A stretch of 64,000 bases of DNA from an uncultured Chloroflexia bacterium (lineage in GTDB: Bacteria > Chloroflexota > Anaerolineae > Anaerolineales > Anaerolineaceae), in contig CAWAGA010000002.1 in NCBI GenBank assembly GCA_963781665.1, positions 5,126,138 to 5,190,137 on the forward strand. Direction: 5' to 3'. The notes beneath the pieces are model-generated. The model saw only the letters and a list, made by a program, of their open reading frames with translations, had not been told where the DNA came from and did no database searches. Both the position numbers and the translations under genes were made by a program. The stretch's first letter is position 1; each line of letters starts with the position of its first letter. Shown in pieces: positions 1 through 8,692 of the stretch.

Positions 1-503
1 AATGTTTCCATTGAAATTGAAAAGTAAAAATAGAATGGTAAAGGCTATCGGTGAGAGCTTTAATTTGCGCTTGAGAAACAGCAGGCCGATAAATCCCAGG
101 CTGTAAAGAAAACAAACGTCGAACATACTGAAGACCGGCAGAGACAACCATTTTAATAACACGTACTGCGGCGAAATTGAGACATCAGCGACTGACAGGT
201 AGCGTGTGGTTACGAAGTGGAGTGTTTCAGAAATCTGAAATGTGCAGTGGAAGCAGGCCCTGCTGGAGAGCCGTCTGTAAGAACTGCAGCCGGGGCCCGG
301 TGATTTGAGCCCAATCGTGGTACAGCATATCGAAATTACCCCAATTAAAGAAATAGCCAAATACGAGAAGCCCAGCGGCGTAAAGGCCAACCAACCACAG
401 GATTTCTATCCAACGGAAACGAGCAGGAGTGACGCCATCAAGAACCGAATTCGACTGCCGGATTGATATATCCGCTCAGCGACTTGCGTATATTGACGAA
501 CAT
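1..503 (-). pseudogene. Partial polytopic membrane protein, frame broken twice as sequenced (family not recognised)
   Basis: Minus-strand translation is membrane-protein-like but needs three frames. Frame 1: MFVNIRKSLSGYINPAVEFGS (ATG 503-501, AGGTGAGGG just upstream). Frame 2: VLDGVTPARFRWIEILWLVGLYAAGLLVFGYFFNWGNFDMLYHDW...LPLHISDF. Frame 3: ISETLHFVTTRYLSVADVSISPQYVLLKWLSLPVF...LFNFNGNI, running off the window start. The ORF track has no ORF >=60 aa here, consistent with frame breaks near 230 and 438. Confidence 0.3.
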
Positions 504-687
504 GGAAAAACCCTCACCTAAAGGAATTCCCCACCAGACGAACTTTACGATGATCTAGCTGGCATGAATGTGGGTGGCCTGAAAATTCAGTATGCGATGT
601 CTCATTATAAATCAGCTAGATGAATCTGTTATGAATGCATGCAAATTCGATTGACTTTTTAATAGCTCGAAGTCTACACTTATTTCC

Positions 688-2232
688 ATGCTTGCCAACG
701 TGAAATCATGCGCGGTAATTGGATTGGAGGGGGTCATCGTCGAAGTGGAGGTCGATACCGGACCCGGCCTGCCGGTGATGGTCATCGTCGGTTTACCAGA
801 CACAGCCGTTCAAGAAAGCCGTGAAAGGGTGCAGTCTGCCGTCCGCAATGCCGGATTGTTCTATCCGCGCAAAAGGGTTACTGTCAACCTGGCCCCGGCT
901 TCGGTCCGAAAGGAAGGCCCAGCGTATGACCTGCCTATCGCCCTGGGGGTTTTAATTGCCGCGGAGCAGCTCCCGGCGGAGACGCTCGAAGGCAGTCTGG
1001 TCATCGGTGAACTTTCTTTGGATGGCTCTGTCAGGCACGTGCGGGGTGTGCTGCCCATGGCCGCCATGGCTCGCGAGGAGGGCTACCGGCGGGTTTTCGT
1101 GCCCGAAGTCGATGCAGCCGAAGCAGCCCTGATCCCCGACCTCGAGGTGATCCCGGTGCCGTCTCTGGCGGCACTGCATGCTCATCTGATCGGAAGCATG
1201 CCCATTCCACCCCACCTCCAATCGACCGTGGACGAGGTCGACGTTTCGGTGTTGACCGATTTCAAGGAGATCAAAGGTCAGGAACACGTCAAACGTGCCC
1301 TTGAAGTCGCTGCAGCGGGCGGGCATAACGTGTTGATGATGGGGCCACCTGGTGCGGGTAAAACATTACTGGCACGAGCCGTCCCGGCTATCTTGCCGCG
1401 CATGTCAATCGATGAGGCATTGGATGTGACCCGCATCTATTCGGTTGCCGACCAACTGCCGTCAGATGTGCCGCTGGTTCGCAACCGCCCATTCCGCTCA
1501 CCGCACCACACCATCAGCCACGCCGGGTTGGTTGGGGGAGGTAATTGGCCTCATCCGGGAGAAATTTCACTGGCGCACAGAGGGGTGCTTTTCCTGGACG
1601 AGCTGCCCGAATTTGGCCCGCGCGTGCTTGAGGTGATGCGCCAGCCAATCGAAGATAAGATCGTCACGATCAGCCGCGCCCAGGGTTCTCTGACCTTTCC
1701 AGCGGCTTTTATGCTGATCGCGGCGATGAACCCCTGCCCGTGCGGTTATTATGGCGACCCGGTCAAACCCTGCTCCTGTTCGTCCGGGATGGTCACCAAG
1801 TACCAGAAACGCATCTCCGGGCCGCTGCTCGACCGGATCGACATCCACATCCAGGTGCCAAGGGTCGAATACGAAAAACTAAGCGAAAAGCGGCTGGGCG
1901 AGTCTTCAGCCGACATCCGCCAGAGGGTTGAAGCAGCCCGTGATCTCCAGCGAACGCGATTTAAGAGCTCGAACGATAAAAGCCCGGCAGGTTGCGAAGT
2001 GACCTGCAATGCCGATATGCGCCCAGCCGAAGTGCGCCAATTCTGCCAGTTGGACGACACCGGGCGGGGGTTGATGAAGACTGCCATGCAGCAGCTTCAG
2101 CTAAGCGCCCGGGCTTACCACCGGATTTTAAAGCTGGCGCGGACCATCGCTGACCTGGCTCGAAGCGAGGCAATTCAGCCTACCCACCTGGCCGAAGCGC
2201 TGCAGTACCGGCCAAGAGAAATCGGAAATTAA
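688..2232 (+). CDS. comM: Mg-chelatase-like ATPase ComM/YifB
   Basis: 514-aa ORF. N-terminal ChlI/Lon-like domain (VEVDTGPGLPVMVIVGLPDTAVQESRERV, NLAPASVRKEGPAYDLPIALG). Walker A GPPGAGKT and Walker B VLFLDELPEF. Cys cluster NPCPCGYYGDPVKPCSCS. C-terminal SARAYHRILKLARTIADL, typical of the family. Confidence 0.92.
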   Translation: MLANVKSCAVIGLEGVIVEVEVDTGPGLPVMVIVGLPDTAVQESRERVQSAVRNAGLFYPRKRVTVNLAPASVRKEGPAYDLPIALGVLIAAEQLPAETLEGSLVIGELSLDGSVRHVRGVLPMAAMAREEGYRRVFVPEVDAAEAALIPDLEVIPVPSLAALHAHLIGSMPIPPHLQSTVDEVDVSVLTDFKEIKGQEHVKRALEVAAAGGHNVLMMGPPGAGKTLLARAVPAILPRMSIDEALDVTRIYSVADQLPSDVPLVRNRPFRSPHHTISHAGLVGGGNWPHPGEISLAHRGVLFLDELPEFGPRVLEVMRQPIEDKIVTISRAQGSLTFPAAFMLIAAMNPCPCGYYGDPVKPCSCSSGMVTKYQKRISGPLLDRIDIHIQVPRVEYEKLSEKRLGESSADIRQRVEAARDLQRTRFKSSNDKSPAGCEVTCNADMRPAEVRQFCQLDDTGRGLMKTAMQQLQLSARAYHRILKLARTIADLARSEAIQPTHLAEALQYRPREIGN

Positions 2233-2346
2233 AACAACAGGTGAATTAGATTGAAAACTAATATTTCGATATGGCAATAGCATCCGGCTCAACGATAATC
2301 TGAAGCGGTATCGATAACTCGTCCAACTTAGCTGTAAAATCTAACA

Positions 2347-2540
2347 ATGAGACGACAAGAAGTTCTTGATATCCTGCAATACAGAAACCAGACCTGGCTC
2401 AGAAATTTGGGGTGAAGACCTTTGTATTGCAAGATCATCTTGAGGCCCATTTTAATAGTAAAGTCGAATTGGGACCGCCCGACAACTTGAAACCCCTCAT
2501 CCGAGAATTGGTTTTGAAAGAGAGTCCCTATGTCGCCTAG
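2347..2540 (+). pseudogene. Relic of MNT-type nucleotidyltransferase antitoxin (frameshifted, catalytic core deleted)
   Basis: ATG 2347 gives MRRQEVLDILQYRNQTWLRNLG, then TGA at 2413. A shifted frame continues GVKTFVLQDHLEAHFNSKVELGPPDNLKPLIRELVLKESPYVA*, ending at 2540. The N- and C-terminal segments resemble minimal nucleotidyltransferases, but the GSxxRG...DxD core is missing. Confidence 0.45.
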
Positions 2541-2561
2541 GGTTGGAAGGCTCGCGCCTAA

Positions 2562-2735
2562 GATATCCTTGATGCGATTGAGGAAATCCAGAATTTCACG
2601 CAAGGCATGGATTTTCATACTTTTTAGATAGATGAATGGACCAACCGGGCTGTCGAATTAGATTTCATTGTGACCGGTGAAGCCGCAAACCAGATTCCCG
2701 AAGACATACAAGAACACCCCCCCGAAAAACGCTAA
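2562..2735 (+). pseudogene. Relic of HepT/DUF86 toxin (no start, in-frame TAG, truncated before RxxxxH motif)
   Basis: One frame reads DILDAIEEIQNFTQGMDFHTF*IDEWTNRAVELDFIVTGEAANQIPEDIQEHPPEKR*, with TAG at 2625-2627. The IVTGEAANQIPE segment matches the DUF86 i-i-G-E-A-a core. The relic lies directly after the MNT relic, as in MNT-HepT operons. Confidence 0.5.
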
Positions 2736-2937
2736 ATTTCCAGATCTCATATCGTAATTTCTTTTAAAACCGGGCTCGAAAACAAATCCCGCGTCCGATT
2801 TTAGAAAAGTACCTCGATTATTAATGCGAATTGAAGGAAGTTATGCTAAAGTTAAGCGAGTTCCGCCGCAGCCATCATCGCTCTAAGGCGAAAATGTTGG
2901 CATAATTTTTTCAAGGTGGAATCTCGGATATAGGTGT

Positions 2938-3996
2938 ATGAATATAAAAGGGGATGGGATCAGTATATTAATCTGTTCCCATAATGGGGCAAAACGAATT
3001 GAACAGACCCTGGATTTTCTGAGCCAGCAGAAATTTCATAAAGCCATACCCTGGGAGGTTGTCCTCGTGGATAATGCCTCGACTGATGGGTTGGCCCAGG
3101 TGGCTTCTGCCTTTTGGAAGGTTGATACACCCCTCAGGATTATTCCAGAACCCCGACTTGGGGTAACCTGGGCCAGAATGACCGGGATAGCGGCCTGCCA
3201 ATATCATTACGTCGGTTTTGTCGACGACGATAATTGGGTTTCCACCAACTGGGTCGAGACTGCCTACGAGATTATGGATTCAAACCCGGATGTTGGGGCT
3301 GTGGGTAGTCTCAGTGAGGCCGCGTTTGAATCTTCTGCTGCGGTACCGGCATGGTTCGAGAAATTAAAAGGCAATTATGCCGTTGGGGCTCCGCAACAGA
3401 ATGGTGGAAGGCTTGAAAGGCCAGATGGCGTCCTATGGGGCGCCGGCCTGGTCATCCGTAAAGAAGCCTGGGAAAGATTGGTCGATTTTGGTTTCCAGCC
3501 GATCTTGCACTCGCGGGAAGGCACATCCTTGATGTCGGGAGAGGAAACCGAGATCCTATTGCTATTCAAGTTGAGCGGATGGTCATTATATTACGATCCA
3601 CGGCTTCGTATCCAACATTTTATCCCGGCCGGACGTCTAAAGTGGCCCTATTACTTGCGGCTCAGGCGAGGCTTAGGGGCTACCGCCGTCTATTTGAATT
3701 TGTACCGGGCACTCATTACGATCGCAGCTCAGCGTAAACCCAATCCGATCGTTTACAAACCCTGGTACCTGGCCAGTATACAAACCTTGTTCGAAATGTT
3801 GAAGGATCCGTTGGCTGTCCTGGCTTCTCTGGCCGGGATGAACGAGGGGAACTACCGGATTGCGCGCATACATTTTCTGAGCGGGATGCTGGTCGAAAGG
3901 ATCAAGCGCCGCCAGGCTGTCGACCGGCTCTATACAGGGCTCTTGAAACAATACATCGACGAGGGCTATTCTCCCCGGCTGTCACGCAAAGGCTGA
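2938..3996 (+). CDS. Family 2 glycosyltransferase
   Basis: 352-aa ORF with the N-terminal GT-A signature ISILICSHNGAKRIEQTLDFLSQQ...VVLVDNASTDG and a DDD motif (FVDDDNW). Confidence 0.85.
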   Translation: MNIKGDGISILICSHNGAKRIEQTLDFLSQQKFHKAIPWEVVLVDNASTDGLAQVASAFWKVDTPLRIIPEPRLGVTWARMTGIAACQYHYVGFVDDDNWVSTNWVETAYEIMDSNPDVGAVGSLSEAAFESSAAVPAWFEKLKGNYAVGAPQQNGGRLERPDGVLWGAGLVIRKEAWERLVDFGFQPILHSREGTSLMSGEETEILLLFKLSGWSLYYDPRLRIQHFIPAGRLKWPYYLRLRRGLGATAVYLNLYRALITIAAQRKPNPIVYKPWYLASIQTLFEMLKDPLAVLASLAGMNEGNYRIARIHFLSGMLVERIKRRQAVDRLYTGLLKQYIDEGYSPRLSRKG

Positions 3997-4020
3997 TTAG
4001 TCAGCATTGGCCTAACGTCT

Positions 4021-4462
4021 CGCCCATGTGGATCGATGGGGCCCTGGATGTAACCCGCATCGATTCGCTTGCCTACCAGCCCCTGTCAGATGCGCTCCGT
4101 GTGGAGTACAAAAAAGGTAAAGAACAACCTTTTGGCAAGCCATCAACAGATTAAACCGCCAGCCAGTTGAGCCAGACCGCGAACCTCAGCCCTGGCGTTT
4201 TGAGACCCTGAATATCAAAACACTCCCAGGACTGCGAAAATGCCTGCAACGCAGATATGCGCCTGGTGGAAGTTCGCCAGTTCTGCTAGTAGGACGAGGT
4301 CAAGCGGGTCTGATGGAGACCGCCATGCAGCAGCTCCAATGAGCGCCAGGGCTTACCACCTGATATTGAAGCAGGCAAGAACCATCGCTGGCCTGGCTGG
4401 AAGCGGGATGATCCAGCCCACTCACCTGGCTAAGGCGCTGCAGTACCGTCGGAAAGAAAACT
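4021..4462 (+). pseudogene. Decayed, internally deleted copy of the comM 3' part (remnant A)
   Basis: MWIDGALDVTRIDSLAYQPLSDAL-RVEYKKGKEQPFG (ATG 4026, stop 4152) matches comM MSIDEALDVTRIYSVADQLPSDVPL ... RVEYEKLSEKRLG. GLMETAMQQLQ* matches GLMKTAMQQLQ. SARAYHLILKQARTIAGLAGSGMIQPTHLAKALQYRRKE (track ORF 4240..4560) matches SARAYHRILKLARTIADLARSEAIQPTHLAEALQYRPRE. Several frames and stops are needed. Confidence 0.8.
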
Positions 4463-4795
4463 CACAACATCCAAAAATCCGTGATTTTGTGCCCATTTTT
4501 AGCATATTCGAGTCGGAATTATCGATTATTCTTTCCCAATCGCAAGATTTTCCGATGTAAGAATGTTTACTGATCTGCAATCCCTAATCCTTGTATAATT
4601 AAGTCATCCCGACAGGAAAGATACATTCTGGAGGTAATTTTGAAAAGGCGTAACAAAAAGACTGGATAAATTAGTTATCTGCCAGAATTCTTGTGGCGAG
4701 TTTGTTGTGGCGGTATCGCTATTGAGGCAAATAGTGCCTCGATATCATTGTTTGAGCATTTCAGCTGATCGAACGACTCACAAGGAAGGTCGAGG

Positions 4796-5213
4796 ATGAA
4801 GAATCTTTGGATGGTTGTTAGGAGCCAGCCTGTTTTTGGGCGTCGTCCTTATAGGCGTATTAATTGGAGGGATATTTCCATCAATATTCCGAGTTACAGC
4901 GCCTCTGGTATGCAATGGCCAGATAGTGGTTCATGTCCAGGAGTATTCTTACAGACCCGGCGATGTAACTACCCAAAACAATTTTTACTGCATCGATGAA
5001 ACAACCGGTGAAAAACGCGATATCTCCCTATTGACATTTGTGGTCGGATGCCTGATTTTTGCAGGGATCATCTTCCTGCTCTTCTGCGCTATGATTCTGT
5101 TTAGGCGACTGAAAAAAAGACAACCCAAGGAATCCCTTTTGCCAACCACTCCCCCTGGCTCCCCTCCTCACCAGACAAATGGTGTGAAGATCGATCCTTC
5201 TCAGGAAATTTAA
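4796..5213 (+). CDS. Small two-TM membrane protein, start uncertain
   Basis: The track ORF 4815..5213 (TTG start) has two hydrophobic segments (LGASLFLGVVLIGVLIGGIF and LLTFVVGCLIFAGIIFLLFCAMILF) and a basic/Pro-rich tail. ATG 4796 has a good AAGGAAGG RBS but is in another frame, so there may be a further indel between 4796 and 4815. Confidence 0.45.
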
Positions 5214-5433
5214 ACAGCATTATGCCCCATCCCCTTTTTGGACGGAGCGTTCATCGTGCGCCTGCAGGTGAGCAGAAAACCTTCTGGGAAATCGCCGAAG
5301 CCGGGCATATTAGCGGCCTGGCAGCCCATCCAGCGGAATATGAACAAAGAGTTGTCGCAATTGTAACCAGAGCTTGTGAGAAAGCCAATATAATTTCAAA
5401 ATAGAATCCTGGCCGTTCAGTTGGAGGTGATAA

Positions 5434-6939
5434 ATGAATAACCATTCAAAGGCCATCGTTCTATTACTCACTTTGTCTCTGCTGGTGGCATGTCAGTTCC
5501 TTTCATTACCGGGCACACAACCAGTGACGACAACGACTCCTACCGAAGCCTCCCAGCCCAGTGTAACACCCGGTCAAACCAGTGAAGCAGCCCAACCGGC
5601 GGATACCTCTTCTCCGACCTTACCCACCAATACCCCCACTCTGGTACCACCCACGAATACCCCTTCCCCTACCGGCCTCAACCCGACCGGTCCTTATGTG
5701 TTCTTCAAGGGACCGGACAGTGTCTGGATGACAAATCCGGATGGAAGCTTTCCAACCCGTATATCAGAATTCAAATTTGATGGAGATTTATCCAGCGCCA
5801 TCTCGCCTACCGGCGACCGGATGGCATTGGAAGTCAGCAACGACCAGGGGATAGATCTGGTACTCGTAAAAATACCTGGCGGGGAATCGGAAAAAATCGC
5901 CCAATTGATCAGCCTCACCCCTGAAGAGCATGCAAATGCAACCAGCCAAAAATCAATCGCCTCGTACGCCATACTTGACTACAACAGCCTTGCCTGGCAG
6001 CCCGGTAATGGGCGACTGCTGGCTTTTATCGGTGCCATCAACGGCCCAACTGCGGATCTGTATGTATACGATACTCAGACCGGGGAAATCACCCAACTGA
6101 CCGATGGTCTATCTCAGGCCATATTGCCTTCCTGGTCACCCGATGGGCAATATATCCTCCAGTTCGGCGTTAGCTGGGTGCCTCCGTTTGGCGGAGCGAT
6201 CGTTAGCGCCAATCGATTGGATGGTCTCTGGGCTGTACGAATGTCAGATGAGAAGGTGATTTCTATGCCCAAACCGGTGGGGAATTTCCCGCATTTTGTC
6301 GGTTGGCAGGATGACTCACACTTTTTAATTTTTGACAGCAGTGAAGAATGCTTCTCCCAAAATCTGCGTAGTGTCGATGTAACTACCGGGAAAGCAACTT
6401 CGGTCATGGAATACAGCTTTTATTACCAGGTCGCTCGATCACCGCTAAATGGTGCGCTTCTGTTTTCCAGCGATGAAGGCTGTGCGAATTCACTGGGAAA
6501 AGGTTTATATCTGCTTACCACTGGTCAAAACCAGACTATCCAGCTGCTAGATAAAAAGGCTTACGAGGTTGATTGGCTGCCAGAAAGCCAGGTATTCGAC
6601 GCCTATCCGGAAGCGCTCTTTTCTGCCGATGGGCAAACGCGCTATGATCCTCCGGTATATGATGCCTCTTATCACCCGGCGATCTCTTCAAAAGGGTACC
6701 AGGCCTGGGAAGTTATCCAAAACCGGCAGGGGCGTACTGTGGTCAGTGTTTCTGGTGAGGAATGGCAGACAGTCGTCAATGGCCTCGTTAATGCGTTGAT
6801 TTGGGATCCGGTGGAGGGGAATACTTTGCTCATCATCACGGATGATGGCTCTCTTTACGCTGCATCGTACCCCGATTTTTCGCCCCACTTGATGGGCAAC
6901 CTTGGAGGCAGGATTAATAAGGCTGTCTGGGTTCCGTGA
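5434..6939 (+). CDS. Secreted lipoprotein with Pro/Thr-rich linker and TolB-like (PD40) beta-propeller repeats
   Basis: Signal peptide plus lipobox (LLLTLSLLVAC). Long PT linker. PD40-like repeats (MTNPDGSFPTRI, ISPTGDRMALEV, SWSPDGQYIL). Confidence 0.7.
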   Translation: MNNHSKAIVLLLTLSLLVACQFLSLPGTQPVTTTTPTEASQPSVTPGQTSEAAQPADTSSPTLPTNTPTLVPPTNTPSPTGLNPTGPYVFFKGPDSVWMTNPDGSFPTRISEFKFDGDLSSAISPTGDRMALEVSNDQGIDLVLVKIPGGESEKIAQLISLTPEEHANATSQKSIASYAILDYNSLAWQPGNGRLLAFIGAINGPTADLYVYDTQTGEITQLTDGLSQAILPSWSPDGQYILQFGVSWVPPFGGAIVSANRLDGLWAVRMSDEKVISMPKPVGNFPHFVGWQDDSHFLIFDSSEECFSQNLRSVDVTTGKATSVMEYSFYYQVARSPLNGALLFSSDEGCANSLGKGLYLLTTGQNQTIQLLDKKAYEVDWLPESQVFDAYPEALFSADGQTRYDPPVYDASYHPAISSKGYQAWEVIQNRQGRTVVSVSGEEWQTVVNGLVNALIWDPVEGNTLLIITDDGSLYAASYPDFSPHLMGNLGGRINKAVWVP

Positions 6940-7105
6940 CCTTTTAAGAAATAATAAGGGTGCAAATTTGGGACAGGGGGAGCCCAGCAATCGAAAAGAT
7001 CAGGCATTTACTAACAAACGTAGGCGAACTGAAATTGCCTTCTTAGAGAAATTTTTTTTTGGTGTCTAAATTGGGGTGATAACGAATTCCACAGCCCGAA
7101 CTAAG

Positions 7106-7831
7106 CTACTTACTGCCTGATACCACTTCCCGCAGCTGCAGGTCGCTAAACCCCACATCCAGGGATGATTTCGAAGTCCCTTCGAGGCCTAAAATCACCT
7201 CACCTTCATCGTATTTGTCATCGTGGATGGCTGTGGCCAGAACGCCGTTGATATAGACCTTAAAATGGGGTCCGTCTGCAACCACTCGCAAACGGTTCGT
7301 CTCGTTCAGCCCCTTGTGGATCACGTTGTTTTCGGACCAGTCCATAATCGTCTTCCAATCCAGGGCATCTCCCTGCCCCGGCTGGTAATAGCCTATGGTA
7401 TAGGTTCCGAAAGGGGAGAGATAGAAAATGTAACCGCCAATTTTCTTCCGGTAGCGGAGTATCAACCCGGCGCGGATTTGATCTGGTTTGCCATCATAGA
7501 ACTTGATGCTGACGCTGGCATCGATATCATCGAATTCACCAGAACTGTCGAGTGCATAAAAATTTCTCTCCGTCGCGTTAAATTTGGCTCGAAGCTCAGG
7601 CGGGTTGCCATCCTGGGCACTTACATTATTCAGGTTTGGAACAGTCCATCCTGATACCGGCAGCTGCCGAAAATCCGCCCCCAGGACCAGGTCACCCATG
7701 GTCGGTTCTGGTGTGAGAGAACTCGGGTTGCGGAATGTGCTTCCGCAGTACTGGCAGGTCACGATTTCCGATTGTGCAAGTTGAGCGGGTAACGCTGCCC
7801 CGCAGTTTGGACAATTAAACTGGTTAAGCAT
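7106..7831 (-). CDS. N-terminal zinc-ribbon protein with C-terminal concanavalin-like (DUF1080-like) domain
   Basis: Zinc ribbon CPNCGAALPAQ...CQYCGSTF at the N-terminus. The C-terminal ~170 aa has the beta-sandwich pattern typical of DUF1080/LamG folds (RLRVVADGPHFKVYINGVLATAIHD). Confidence 0.55.
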   Translation of the reverse strand: MLNQFNCPNCGAALPAQLAQSEIVTCQYCGSTFRNPSSLTPEPTMGDLVLGADFRQLPVSGWTVPNLNNVSAQDGNPPELRAKFNATERNFYALDSSGEFDDIDASVSIKFYDGKPDQIRAGLILRYRKKIGGYIFYLSPFGTYTIGYYQPGQGDALDWKTIMDWSENNVIHKGLNETNRLRVVADGPHFKVYINGVLATAIHDDKYDEGEVILGLEGTSKSSLDVGFSDLQLREVVSGSK

Positions 7832-8099
7832 ATCGGCACCTGTAAGAATTTACTAAATGGCTAAAAAGGTAACCTTTACGGTTGGTAATATCCATATAGA
7901 AGGTAGTAATTGTATAATTATAACCGAAATTTCGCACCTTCATTTAGCTTTTAGGAGGAAAATTAATTAAATATGGCACTTGAGTGCCGAAGATTATGTT
8001 TTGACCCCTTTCTTTATTTTTCGCTCTTTCTCCATAATTTCACATTCTACCAACCATAAGAGCAGGCCCAATTTCCAGTGTTGTCTCCGTGAACTTTTG

Positions 8100-8380
8100 C
8101 TATCGTGTCTATCCCTGTCCCTGCATTTACTGCAGCGACCGGATCGGCAGCCACATCCAGGAGCCGCGGACCGAATACGAAAAACTAAGCGGATAACGGC
8201 TGGCGGAATCCCCAGTCGCTATCTACCAGCGCCAGCACGTTCGTATCAACAACCTGAATGTCAAGACACCCCAGGGTTGCGAAATTCGCTGCATCGCCGA
8301 CACACGCGCTCAGCAGAGGTGAGCCAGTTCTGCCAATCCATCTGGCCGAAATGCTGCAGCACCGACCGAGGGAGAACTGA
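8100..8380 (+). pseudogene. Strongly eroded copy of the comM 3' part (remnant B)
   Basis: RIGSHIQEPRTEYEKLSG* matches comM RIDIHIQVPRVEYEKLSEK. AEVSQFCQ matches AEVRQFCQ. HLAEMLQHRPREN* (stop 8378-8380) matches HLAEALQYRPREIGN*. The nucleotide alignment to comM ~1710-2225 is visible by eye, with two internal deletions. Track ORF 7980..8432 is an out-of-frame read through it. Confidence 0.7.
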
Positions 8381-8692
8381 GGATAGCCAGCACATCAAGC
8401 GGATTTTGAATGTCAATATGGAATTTGATTGACGTCAAGATCATGAGGAATCCTTGGACAATTTATTCTTGCGGAAACAAACGGATTGTGGTTGATTTCA
8501 TTCCATAATCTTGTATACTTATCATTGAAACCCGCGTTGTTTTGATTTTCCTTTTTTCGCTTTTTCATAGCACCATAGTGCCTGAGTTCTCCGTTTCCTG
8601 ATTATGTTTTTTGATCACCGGTGAACTCCCGAAATATACCCTGGCAGTCGTAAAAATTAAAAGCGAATATCAACGTTATGAAGGAGGACCAC

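Noticed and set aside
2328-2618. 96-aa minus-strand ORF from the track.
   Set aside because: It has no recognisable motif, and the opposite strand carries recognisable MNT and HepT/DUF86 relics. It is most likely a chance antisense ORF.
4240-4560. 106-aa ORF as a real small gene.
   Set aside because: Its only meaningful part (SARAYHLILKQARTIAGLAGSGMIQPTHLAKALQYRRKE) is the C-terminal helix region of ComM. It is part of comM remnant A, not an independent gene. The same holds for ORF 7980..8432, which reads comM remnant B out of frame.
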